A DNA stretch of 64,000 nucleotides from Candidatus Latescibacterota bacterium (lineage in GTDB: Bacteria; Latescibacterota; UBA2968; GCA-2709665): the NCBI GenBank assembly GCA_965203805.1, contig OZ241917.1, positions 352,001 to 416,000 on the forward strand. Direction: 5' to 3'. Numbering within the stretch: position 1 is the stretch's first letter; each line of letters opens with the position of its first letter. The notes beneath the pieces were generated by a model. That model did no database searches. It worked only from the letters and a program-made list of their open reading frames with translations, and had not been told where the DNA came from. Of the stretch, positions 9,472 through 18,276 are shown one piece after another. The position numbers were made by a program, and so were the translations under genes.

Positions 9472-12400
9472 TTACCGCCTTGGGTCCGCATCATCCGGGT
9501 CCTTGATGACGTCATCCGGGATGCCGCGACTGAAGAGGACCTCGAGGCCCTGCGGCGCCGAAATCGCGGCCAATGCGGCATGCTGTGCGACGGCAGCCCG
9601 CGGCAGGTCACGGAAAAAGCCCCGTACCCGTCTCGTCCGGACATCGCGCACGATGGCCATGGGGCGGTCGCTGTCCCCGTCCAGAGTATCGGAGCCGCCG
9701 GGACCAGAAAGCTCGATGCTGGCGACGTCGGCGTCCCACGCGGGGTCGATGGGCACGGAGAAGACGAAAGACCCTCTACCGTCACCATCGGCCGTCATTG
9801 GCACGTGGAAGCGCATTGCGAACAATACGCGCCCGTCGTCGGCACGCCCGGCGAGCTGGTGTTCTCCGGTTCCGTCAGAGCGCGGCAGCGCCGGCGGCGC
9901 CACGATGACGAAGGCAGGCTTCAGTCGGGGAACGCCATCCGCGTCGACGTCGCCCCACAGGAAGAGCGATCGTGACGGCGCCCCGACAACAGCAGTCGAG
10001 GCCTCTTCCTCACCTTCGACATTGAGGCGAAAGTGGCACGCCTTGGTAAAGAAGTAGCCTGCAATCGACACATTCTCGCAGTAACCCATGATATCTTTAC
10101 TGTTGGGCGGTACCAGCCTGCCTGCCTCGAAGTCGTAACCCCATACTCCGATAGTTCCGTCGGGCGTGGGATAGGCAGGGTCCGGGCCGCCCGCCCCGCC
10201 GCAGGGCGCGTGCGGCAAACTGAAACTGTGTCCGAACTCGTGCGCGATGACCCACGCATCGTTGATGGAAAAGCTACTCTTGCCACCGATGAAGGCAACA
10301 CCCTCAGGGCCGGTTACGTCTCCTGAGAGCATACCCATCCAGTATCCGGTCCCGCCCTCGATGACCCGAATCGCGCGGGTCTGGTCAAGCAAGTCATAGG
10401 CGTTGTTGCTCGAGCTCATTACCTTCTCGTGCGCGGTCAAGCCCAGTTCACCCACCGGGAGCAACGTACGGGTGGGATCCAGCATCTCGTGGCCCTTGGG
10501 ATCGGCGGACATTCCGCGGACCGCCTCGAGTACCGCAGCGTCCTGCTCCTCCGTCCACAGGAACGGCACAAGTGTGAGTTCAAAAAGGGGTATGGAACGC
10601 ACATCGACATCCATGCGGCCGGTCTCGGGGATGCGTGTGGCGACGCCCAAGCCGGGGTCCAGCGTCCCTTTCGGATCCACCTCGATCTCCATCTCGAGAC
10701 CGGGCTGAATCACATGTCCCGCGACCTCCGCGTTGGCCGACGTCGACAGACTGCTTTCGTCAATCCTGCTCGGAATCGGATCGGACTTGCCGGGGATGTA
10801 TTGCACGTGTGTCTCCCTGCCGTTGACGAAGAAACGGGCGCGCACTGCCGGAATGCTCTGGCCGGTGGCCTGATTCGCTGTTGGAAATACGCGCAGCAGG
10901 GCCTTCTCACCTGCGACCAGCGGCACCGGGAACTCACGCGCCTGGACGGCCTGGACGAGATACGCGATCGGGAGGTCGCCGCCGCAGGTGACCAACCGGC
11001 GAATCGGCACGCCTTTCAGCCAGCCGAGGAAGCCCGCGTCAGAAGGCGCGCACAGACCCGTGCCCTCGACCTGCAGCACCTCAAGATTCAAGAGATTCAT
11101 TAGGCTTAGTGGTAAGGCTCCGGACATGCCGGAATTCCTCTGAAGAGCGAACGTGCGCAGGCCCGTTAGGTCGCCCACCTTCGACGGGATAGTCCCCGTC
11201 AGTTCGTTTCCGCCAAGGTACAACGTTTCGAGGTAGGCGAGGTCGCCGAGCTCGGGTGGGATCGAGCCCGTGAGCCGATTCTCCGCGAGGTTCAGATCCA
11301 ACAGCACGTGGAGGTTGCCGAGCTCGGACGGGATCGGCCCCGTCAGTCTGTTCCTGCCGAGGTGCAGCCTCTCCAGGTTGATGAGGTCGCCGAGTTCGGG
11401 CGGGATCCGGCCCGAAAAGCCGTTGCTGCCAAGACTCAGGTTCATAAGCTCCGCGAGCTTGGAGAATTCGGGAGGAATCACGCCGGTCAGTTCGTTTCCA
11501 TTGAGAACGAAATCCTTGAGTTTGGCGAGGTTGGCCAGTTGCGGTGGGACGGTTCCGGCAAGGTCGTTTCCAGAGAGATTAAGGACCTCCAGATATGCCA
11601 ACCAGGCAAGTTCGAGCGGGATTGAGCCCTCGAGTTGGTTTGCGGATAGTTGCAGTAACCTCACTGTGCCTTGCTCGTCGGCTTCGACGCCGTACCATTC
11701 TCCGAGCGGTGCATCCGTCATCCAGTTCTCGCTGTGACGCCAGTACGCCCCGCCGGTCGCCACGTACAGAGCCTCGAGGATCTCACGTTCCGTCAGCGGT
11801 GGGCATTCGGCGCCCGTACCTTTGTGGGAACGGATCGAGCCCAGCCAGTCCCTGAAAAAAGCAGCGCTAGAGGCGCACAGGCTCGTACCCGAGTAGTGAA
11901 ACGTCCTGAGTGAGAGGTCGATCAGCGTTAGTGGGAGACGGCCTGTCAGGGCGCTGTTGTCGCCGAACCTCAACTCGGTCATGTCTGCCAATGCTCCCAG
12001 GTCTCGCGGTAGCCGTCCAGCCAGTCCGTTGCGCGTCAGGTCGAGGGCGGTTACTCTGCCAAGGGAATCGGCGGTGACACCGTGCCATGCCTCCACCGCC
12101 TCGTTGCCCGACCAGCCGGAGGATTCGGTCCATCCCGCCCCGCCGGTGCTTTCATACAACGCCTTCAGCGCCTCCACGTCGGCAGCGTTGCAGAAAGTAT
12201 CCCAATCTTTAAAGTCTCCGATTTTTCGCAGCCACGCGTCGAAAGCCGAAGTCCCGGGGACGCACAACCTGTCGTTTCCCTCGACGTGAAGCCTAAGAAG
12301 CTCGTCAATTTGCAGGAAGCTCTGCGGGATCGCGCCTGAAAGATCGTTGCCGCTGAGGAATAAGGATTCCAGGCTGGAAAGCATGCCTAGTTCCGATGGG

Positions 12401-13152
12401 ATGGGACCCGAAAGATTGTTGTCGCTGAGGTATAGGTATCTGAGATTGGAAAGCCTGCCGAATTCAGGAGGGATCGGACCCGAAAGATCGTTGCCACTCA
12501 GGTCTAAGTGTTCCAATCTGGCAAGTCTGTCCAATTCAGGAGGGATGGGACCCGAAAGATTGTTGCCACCGAGGTCTAAGGATCTCAATCTGGCAAGCCT
12601 GCCGAGTTCAGGAGGGATCGAACCCTTCAAGCCATGAGGTCTCAGATCTTCTGCTTCGCTGTCATAGACCGCACGGAGTTCAAGGCCCTCAACGCGTCCC
12701 GAGTAGTCCTCGATGTAGACGCCGGTCCACTCACCCAGAGGTGCGTCGCTCAGCCAGTTTTCGCTGTTGACCCAATTCGGGCCGTCCGTCGCATGGTATA
12801 ACGCCATCAGTACTGCACGGTCGTCTGACGGCACGTCTTTGCCGAAGTGCTGCGCGAAATCCACAAAGTCAGCGAACCCGATAGCACCGTCGCCGTTCAG
12901 ATCGTACTGCGGGTCAAATTCGTTATCGCCCTGGCTGAAGCCGAACTTCGCTGAAAACATCACGAAATCGGCAAATCCGACCGTGCCGTCGCCGTCGAAA
13001 TCCGGAAGGGGTGTAACGTGGCCATGGGCGTTTGCCGTGACGGCATCGGATGCCGCGGTTACCTCGCCGGTCGCGGATCCCACGGCGCCGTGACATAACA
13101 ATGCCAGGAGCACGAAAACGGTAATAAACAGCAGTCGTGTGTGTGATCCCAT
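9472..13152 (-). CDS. Secreted multidomain protein: dockerin-like EF-hand pair, three LRR blocks, M66-like zinc metallopeptidase
   Basis: Signal peptide; DFDGDGTVGFADF and DLNGDGAIGFADF; repeats of L..L.L..N.LSG.IP.ELG.L; three LRR caps (AL..LY.AT.G..W.....W......W.GV); HEFGHSFSLPH zinc motif. Confidence 0.88.
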   Translation of the reverse strand: MGSHTRLLFITVFVLLALLCHGAVGSATGEVTAASDAVTANAHGHVTPLPDFDGDGTVGFADFVMFSAKFGFSQGDNEFDPQYDLNGDGAIGFADFVDFAQHFGKDVPSDDRAVLMALYHATDGPNWVNSENWLSDAPLGEWTGVYIEDYSGRVEGLELRAVYDSEAEDLRPHGLKGSIPPELGRLARLRSLDLGGNNLSGPIPPELDRLARLEHLDLSGNDLSGPIPPEFGRLSNLRYLYLSDNNLSGPIPSELGMLSSLESLFLSGNDLSGAIPQSFLQIDELLRLHVEGNDRLCVPGTSAFDAWLRKIGDFKDWDTFCNAADVEALKALYESTGGAGWTESSGWSGNEAVEAWHGVTADSLGRVTALDLTRNGLAGRLPRDLGALADMTELRFGDNSALTGRLPLTLIDLSLRTFHYSGTSLCASSAAFFRDWLGSIRSHKGTGAECPPLTEREILEALYVATGGAYWRHSENWMTDAPLGEWYGVEADEQGTVRLLQLSANQLEGSIPLELAWLAYLEVLNLSGNDLAGTVPPQLANLAKLKDFVLNGNELTGVIPPEFSKLAELMNLSLGSNGFSGRIPPELGDLINLERLHLGRNRLTGPIPSELGNLHVLLDLNLAENRLTGSIPPELGDLAYLETLYLGGNELTGTIPSKVGDLTGLRTFALQRNSGMSGALPLSLMNLLNLEVLQVEGTGLCAPSDAGFLGWLKGVPIRRLVTCGGDLPIAYLVQAVQAREFPVPLVAGEKALLRVFPTANQATGQSIPAVRARFFVNGRETHVQYIPGKSDPIPSRIDESSLSTSANAEVAGHVIQPGLEMEIEVDPKGTLDPGLGVATRIPETGRMDVDVRSIPLFELTLVPFLWTEEQDAAVLEAVRGMSADPKGHEMLDPTRTLLPVGELGLTAHEKVMSSSNNAYDLLDQTRAIRVIEGGTGYWMGMLSGDVTGPEGVAFIGGKSSFSINDAWVIAHEFGHSFSLPHAPCGGAGGPDPAYPTPDGTIGVWGYDFEAGRLVPPNSKDIMGYCENVSIAGYFFTKACHFRLNVEGEEEASTAVVGAPSRSLFLWGDVDADGVPRLKPAFVIVAPPALPRSDGTGEHQLAGRADDGRVLFAMRFHVPMTADGDGRGSFVFSVPIDPAWDADVASIELSGPGGSDTLDGDSDRPMAIVRDVRTRRVRGFFRDLPRAAVAQHAALAAISAPQGLEVLFSRGIPDDVIKDPDDADPRR
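12397..12612. repeat. Three tandem near-identical 72-bp units encoding 24-aa LRRs
   Basis: Units begin at 12397, 12469 and 12541; each has GGGAT.GGACCCGAAAGAT.GTTG and ends ...TTCAGG. Confidence 0.85.
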
Positions 13153-13373
13153 CTCGGTACTTGTTTCTTCGCTGCCGATCCTTTTGCAGTCGTTGTCTTG
13201 GCAACACCCTCAAGTCTTCCATGTATAGCGAAAAAACACCGTCCGGGGTAGCATATTTTATCTGAAGCCCGTGGGTCTTCCTTCACGTGTTGAACAGGCA
13301 GGTAGCGACTTCATTTCCCAGACGATATTACTCGTTGAGCGTAGTTGGCACTAAACAAAAAACAGGAGGTTCT

Positions 13374-13478
13374 ATGACTATTTCACTGGAAATGATCGAA
13401 CGAGTGGTCAAAGGAGATGACTCGAAGAAGGTCGTAAAGGCGTTCTTGGGAGGTTCTCAAGAAAAGGTAGCACCTATA
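13374..13478 (+). pseudogene. N-terminal stub of an unknown gene cut by IS630
   Basis: AGGAGG RBS, MTISLEMIERVVKGDDSKKVVKAFLGGSQEKVAP, then TATA at 13475-13478 just before IS630 sequence. Confidence 0.5.
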
Positions 13479-13997
13479 GACTTCTTAAGGTGGGCATGCC
13501 TATAGTATGCTGTCTCCCCTTAAGAGGAAGGAGCCATGGGCATGCCGAAGAAATACATTGTGCGTCTGACGCCCGAAGAACGCGAGCGTCTGCAGGATCT
13601 GGTAAGCAAAGGCAAGACGCAAGCCTACCGAATAAGACACGCCCATGTGCTTCTCAAGGCCGATGCAGAGGGTCCGGCGTGGCTGGATCGACAGATCACG
13701 GAGGCCTTTTCGCGCAATCGGTCAACGGTTGAGGGCATCCGTAAGCGTTTTGTGATGGAGGGCCTGGATTCAGCCCTCGAGCTAAAGAAGCGCGCGCATC
13801 CTCCCACACCAAGAAAGCTGGATTGTGCCAAGGAAGCCCGTTTGATCGCGTTGGCTTGCAGTGACCCTCCAAAGGGACGTAAGCGGTGGACGCTGAAGCT
13901 GTTGGCCGATGAACTGGTGGCTTTAGAGATCGTCGATAGCATTTCATACCGAACGGTGCAACGGACGCGTAAAAAAACAAACTTAAGCCTCACCTGC
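13477..13997 (+). mobile_element. Truncated IS630-family element (left part only)
   Basis: TA-type junction; ORF A; slippery A7C at 13971-13978; -1 frame reads KNKLKPHL and then loses homology; no DDE domain. Confidence 0.8.
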
Positions 13998-14012
13998 TAC
14001 GAGGCGCTTTAG
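13536..14012 (+). CDS. IS630 transposase ORF A (HTH part), catalytically incomplete
   Basis: KKYIVRLT.EER..L, RWTL.LLA..LV.L.IVDSISY.TV.R motifs. Confidence 0.85.
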   Translation: MGMPKKYIVRLTPEERERLQDLVSKGKTQAYRIRHAHVLLKADAEGPAWLDRQITEAFSRNRSTVEGIRKRFVMEGLDSALELKKRAHPPTPRKLDCAKEARLIALACSDPPKGRKRWTLKLLADELVALEIVDSISYRTVQRTRKKTNLSLTCYEAL

Positions 14013-14083
14013 CCGTCAATGGGTAGTAGATGCGGAACCGTGTCTCGAAAACAGTCAAAAGAGGTCGTTTATTCCGGGCTCTG

Positions 14084-14112
14084 TTGACAACCCGGTGAAT
14101 CGAGAGTATATT
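14084..14112 (+). promoter_or_regulatory. Sigma70-type promoter of ssb
   Basis: TTGACA-17-TATATT. Confidence 0.75.
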
Positions 14113-14185
14113 CGATTGAACGCTATTTCGCCAGGGATTGTGCCATCGTCCATAACAGATTGGTTTTATTTAAAGGAGATTAGCC

Positions 14186-14689
14186 ATGGCACGTGGTGGA
14201 GTGAACAAGGTGATCCTCATTGGCAATATCGGGGCGGATCCGGAGCTGCGATACACGCCGAACGGGTCGGCGGTGTCGAACTTCAACATCGCGACAAACG
14301 AGAGTTGGAACGATAAATCCGGCGAGCGCCAGGAACGTACCGAGTGGCACCGGATCGTCGTATGGGGCAGGCTGGCGGAAATCTGCAATCAGTACCTGCG
14401 GAAGGGCAGCAAAGTTTTCATTGAGGGGCGCCTGCAGACCCGTAGCTGGGAAGGACAGGACGGGCAGAAGCGCTATACGACCGAGGTGGTTGCCAGAGAT
14501 ATGCAGATGCTGGACTCCCGGGACGATCCCGATGCCGGTGGCGGTTTTTCCCAGGGGCAGCGTCCCCCGGCGGACGAAGCTTCCGGCAATCGGCAGGGTT
14601 CCGCCGAAACGGGCGGCGGTCCGGACGCGGGACAGGGCGGGTCGGGCCCGCCGGCCTACGGCGGCGCCGACGACGATCTCCCGTTCTGA
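14186..14689 (+). CDS. ssb: Single-stranded DNA-binding protein
   Basis: [21 protein letters not shown], acidic DDDLPF C-terminus. Confidence 0.98.
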   Translation: MARGGVNKVILIGNIGADPELRYTPNGSAVSNFNIATNESWNDKSGERQERTEWHRIVVWGRLAEICNQYLRKGSKVFIEGRLQTRSWEGQDGQKRYTTEVVARDMQMLDSRDDPDAGGGFSQGQRPPADEASGNRQGSAETGGGPDAGQGGSGPPAYGGADDDLPF

Positions 14690-14867
14690 ACGCGGAGGTC
14701 TCCGGCATCGCGAGAGCGTCTGGCAACTTTCGAAATTGCAGGGCTGCGAATTCTTTTTGCAGCCCCATGCTTTGTACGTAAATTGAAACCGTTCGCGCGG
14801 CCGGGATGAGTCCCGCATCCGCCTGCCGAACGAACATCCGGCAGTTCCGGGTCGACTAAGGTCTGGT

Positions 14868-15470
14868 ATGTTGAAGCTGATTGCTTTTTTTTCAGGCGCC
14901 GCGTTGATGGGGCTTGAAATCGTTGGGAGCCGGGTACTTGCGCCGTATTTCGGCAGTTCCGTTTTCGTCTGGGGCAGCCTGATCGCGGTGGTCCTGGCCG
15001 CGCTGAGTCTGGGCGCGTATTCCGGGGGCAGGCTTGCGGACAGGATGCCTTCAGGCCCGCCGCTCGCCGCGTTGCTGGGGCTCGCGGGCGTGACGGCGTT
15101 GTGCCTGCCCTGGGTGGCGGGGGCGGTGAATCGCGCCGTTTTTGTCATGGATGCGGGTCCGCGGGGCGGGCCGCTGCTGGCGTCGATCCTGCTGTTTGCG
15201 ATACCGGGTGTGGCGCTGGGAGCCGTCACGCCCTTTATCGTCCGGATGCTCGCGGATCGGGTCGACAGGGTCGGCGGCGTCGCGGGCACGGTATCCGCGT
15301 TGTCCGCGGCGGGGAGCATCGCCGGGACGCTGGGTACGGCGTTCTATCTGATTCCCGCGATGGGGGTACGGCACATACTCCACCTGATCGGAGCCGTACT
15401 CCTGGTGCTGGCGGCGATGGCGATGTGGGGTACGCACAAGTGCGCGGTATCGCTCGAAGACCGATCGTAA
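14868..15470 (+). CDS. Membrane domain of the 'fused MFS/spermidine synthase' family, stand-alone
   Basis: F.SGA.LM.LEI.G.R.LAPYFGSS.FVW and GSI.GT motifs; about 6 TM segments. Confidence 0.85.
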   Translation: MLKLIAFFSGAALMGLEIVGSRVLAPYFGSSVFVWGSLIAVVLAALSLGAYSGGRLADRMPSGPPLAALLGLAGVTALCLPWVAGAVNRAVFVMDAGPRGGPLLASILLFAIPGVALGAVTPFIVRMLADRVDRVGGVAGTVSALSAAGSIAGTLGTAFYLIPAMGVRHILHLIGAVLLVLAAMAMWGTHKCAVSLEDRS

Positions 15471-15594
15471 CAAAGCGCACGCGGCGGACGAGACGAGAGA
15501 GAGTATGAAATTCATTCGCGCATTGTCGAAAGCGCAGGACAGGGCGGGATGCGCCGCCTCGTATGACACGCCGGGTGTACCCGATCATCGACCA

Positions 15595-16524
15595 GTGATC
15601 AAGCGGTTCCCGTGCGGCGTTCTGGCTCTGGTCTGTTCGGTTTTTCCCCTCGCGGCATGCGACGTCCGGCCGGAAATCCCGGAGCAGGAAAAGCTGGTCT
15701 ACGTCCACGACTCACTGTACAATCACATCGTGGTTTCCGAAGACGTCGAAGCCCGCTACCTCAGGTTCGGTTACGGCGCGAAACAGAGCGCGATGACGCT
15801 CGGAGACCCGACTGCGCTTCGCGTTCCGTACACGGCGTGCCTTGCGCTGGGGATGGCATTTACACATCCGGAGCGTGTGCTGATGATCGGACTCGCGGGG
15901 GGATCGGTCGCACGATTTATACGGTACGCCCGTCCGGAGGTCACGGTGGACGTGGTCGAACTGGACCCCCACGTGGTTGGCGTGGCCAGGCGTTTTTTTG
16001 GCGTCGAAGCCGACGCCGCTCTCAGAATCCACGTGGACGACGGGCGGATGTTCGTGAAACGGACGGGCGAACGTTACGACTGGATCGTACTGGACGCGTT
16101 TCATGCGGACTCCATGCCGCACCATATGGCAACGGAGGAATTCTTCAGGGAGGTGAAGGGAATCCTCGCGCCTCGCGGCGTTGTGACCATGAATGTGGCG
16201 CCGCTCGGGCCGGGTGTCCTGTACCTCTCGGTAATACGGACGCTGGCCCGCGTTTTTCCACAGGTTTACCTGTTTCAGGTGCCGGAGCGGAGCAACATTG
16301 TGGCCGTCGCCACGCTGGATGCAAACAGGCGTGACGGAATTGAGATCGCACGGGCGATACGTGACTTGAAATCGGAAATCGGCGACGCGTTGGAACTGCT
16401 GATCCCGATGACGCCTTTCGGCGAGCGCAAGCCCGTGGTCCGGGGCGCGCCTGCGCTGACGGACGACTATGCGCCTGTCGACTGGCTGCGATTCTGGCGG
16501 GCGCCCGGGGCAAGTATAAGGTAA
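15595..16524 (+). CDS. Spermidine synthase-like SAM-dependent transferase, probable lipoprotein
   Basis: VLMIGLAGGS, VDVVELDP, DGR.FV, IVLDAF, LTDDYAP motifs; from GTG 15595 MIKRFPCGVLALVCSVFPLAAC ends in a lipobox; ORF could start at 15505. Confidence 0.8.
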   Translation: MIKRFPCGVLALVCSVFPLAACDVRPEIPEQEKLVYVHDSLYNHIVVSEDVEARYLRFGYGAKQSAMTLGDPTALRVPYTACLALGMAFTHPERVLMIGLAGGSVARFIRYARPEVTVDVVELDPHVVGVARRFFGVEADAALRIHVDDGRMFVKRTGERYDWIVLDAFHADSMPHHMATEEFFREVKGILAPRGVVTMNVAPLGPGVLYLSVIRTLARVFPQVYLFQVPERSNIVAVATLDANRRDGIEIARAIRDLKSEIGDALELLIPMTPFGERKPVVRGAPALTDDYAPVDWLRFWRAPGASIR

Positions 16525-16585
16525 ACGCGGCATCGGGCCGTGGCTCGGTACACGGCCCGGCAGCCCAATTGGAAGGAGCTATCGG

Positions 16586-18241
16586 ATGGCAGAGGTATGG
16601 AGTCCTGAACCGGAGTTGCTGGCGTCGCTGGATGCGGCTGTACCGGAGATCCTGGCGTCTCAGAAAGAAAACGGACAGTTCGGTACGGAGCCGTGGATCT
16701 GTGGCGACCAGAACGTGATCTTCCCCCTTGCAGCGGCGTGGCATCTGAACGACAGCCGGTACCATGGGAACGAGGAGGTGCTGGAGGCGATCGTTCGGGG
16801 CGGCGACGCGCTGATTCACGCGCAGGATGAGGAAGGGAAGTGGACGTTTCTGAAGAAGGACTATTCGGAGTGGGGCCAGATCCTGATGCCCTGGACCTAC
16901 AGCCGCTGGATCCGCGCGTATCAGATCGTCCGGGACGCATTGGATGCAGATGCGCGCGCCCGATGGGACGATGCGTTGCTGCTGGGGTTCGACGGCATCG
17001 CCAGGACGTGTCTGGGACACGTCCACAATATTCCCGCGCACCATTCGATGGCTCTTTTCTGCGCCGGTACGGTGTTCGGCCGGGAGGACTGGCGAAACCA
17101 GTCGCGGGCGTTCATGGCGAAGGTGGCCGGCGCGCAATCGCCCCACGGCTGGTGGCCGGAGCACAACGGTCCCGTCGTGGCGTACAACTACGTCTATTCG
17201 GAATCTCTGGGCATCTACTACGGGATGTCCGGCGACGGGGAGGTGCTGCCCGCGCTGGACCGGGCGGCGCGTTATCACGCGAGTCTGACCTACCCGGACG
17301 GCAGCCCGGTAGAAACGGTGGACGGACGCAATCCGTATCACGAGGGAATTCGCCTGGGTAATGCGGGTTTCAGCCACACAGCCGCGGGCAGAGGGTATCT
17401 GGCGCGTCTGCACGGGCTGTTTCTGGCGGAGGGCGCGCGGTTCGATCCGGACTATGCCGCGAACCTGCTGCTGAACGGCGGCCGCGGAGAGGCAGAGGAG
17501 ACCACTGCCGGGCGTTCCCGGCACGTTTACCGGATGGGGGACGAGGCGACCGCGGTGAGGAACAGCCCCTGGTTCCTCTGTCTATCGGCCTTTGTCGTGG
17601 ATTTTCCCCAGAACCGGTGGGGCCAGGACCGGCAGAATTTCGTCAGCGTGTTTCACGACAGCGTGGGGCTGGTGCTGGGCGGCGGGAATACCAAGTTGCA
17701 GCCTCTGTGGAGTAACTTTACCGTGGGCGACAAGGGACTGCTGGCGCACACGCCCGGAGACGAGGATCCTGAATTCGACGTGCCCGCCGGATTAATCCAC
17801 GTGCCGGATGAACTCTCGTACGATTCGGACGAAGCGGGCGGGCGGCTGGAGATGCGCTACGGTGAGGAGACCTGCGGGGTGGAGGCGAGGATCGAGTCCG
17901 AAACCGAGTTGACGCTGGTGTTTAGCGCCACGGCGAATTCCGGTTTGCCGGTAGACGGACACGCGACGTTGATGCCGCACCTGGATCGGGAGGTGAGATT
18001 TGCGTCCGGAGAGGCGACGATGCTGGGTGAGGAGGGGGCGGAATGGGCCGGCGAGGCGTGGCTGGAACATGCGGGCTGGCGATTGCACCTGCCGCCCGGC
18101 AGCCGCGTGGTCTGGCCGGCGCTGCCGCACAATCCCTATCGAAAAGCCGGGGATTCGACCATCGAGGAAGCGCGCCTGGTGGTGGTCCTGTCCTTCTCCG
18201 CGGACGTGGACCGGCATGTGCTGAAACTGGAGGTCCTGTAG
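16586..18241 (+). CDS. Conserved-looking hypothetical protein (helical toroid plus beta-sandwich, heparinase/lyase-like architecture)
   Basis: 551-aa ORF, GGAAGGAG RBS, host codon usage; Q..HG.W.EH.GP...YN pattern. Confidence 0.7.
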   Translation: MAEVWSPEPELLASLDAAVPEILASQKENGQFGTEPWICGDQNVIFPLAAAWHLNDSRYHGNEEVLEAIVRGGDALIHAQDEEGKWTFLKKDYSEWGQILMPWTYSRWIRAYQIVRDALDADARARWDDALLLGFDGIARTCLGHVHNIPAHHSMALFCAGTVFGREDWRNQSRAFMAKVAGAQSPHGWWPEHNGPVVAYNYVYSESLGIYYGMSGDGEVLPALDRAARYHASLTYPDGSPVETVDGRNPYHEGIRLGNAGFSHTAAGRGYLARLHGLFLAEGARFDPDYAANLLLNGGRGEAEETTAGRSRHVYRMGDEATAVRNSPWFLCLSAFVVDFPQNRWGQDRQNFVSVFHDSVGLVLGGGNTKLQPLWSNFTVGDKGLLAHTPGDEDPEFDVPAGLIHVPDELSYDSDEAGGRLEMRYGEETCGVEARIESETELTLVFSATANSGLPVDGHATLMPHLDREVRFASGEATMLGEEGAEWAGEAWLEHAGWRLHLPPGSRVVWPALPHNPYRKAGDSTIEEARLVVVLSFSADVDRHVLKLEVL

Positions 18242-18276
18242 CAACGTGACCACTCCGGTCCAACGGGTATTCGCCC

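Noticed and set aside
12397-12612. 72-bp repeats as a CRISPR array or DGR template/variable repeat
   Set aside because: They are in-frame LRR codons with no spacers; no cas or reverse transcriptase gene is in the window.
13374-13478. Stub as the N-terminus of type I-G Cas7 (GG..EKV.P resembles GG.GDK.FPP)
   Set aside because: Only a few residues match, and no other cas gene or array is present.
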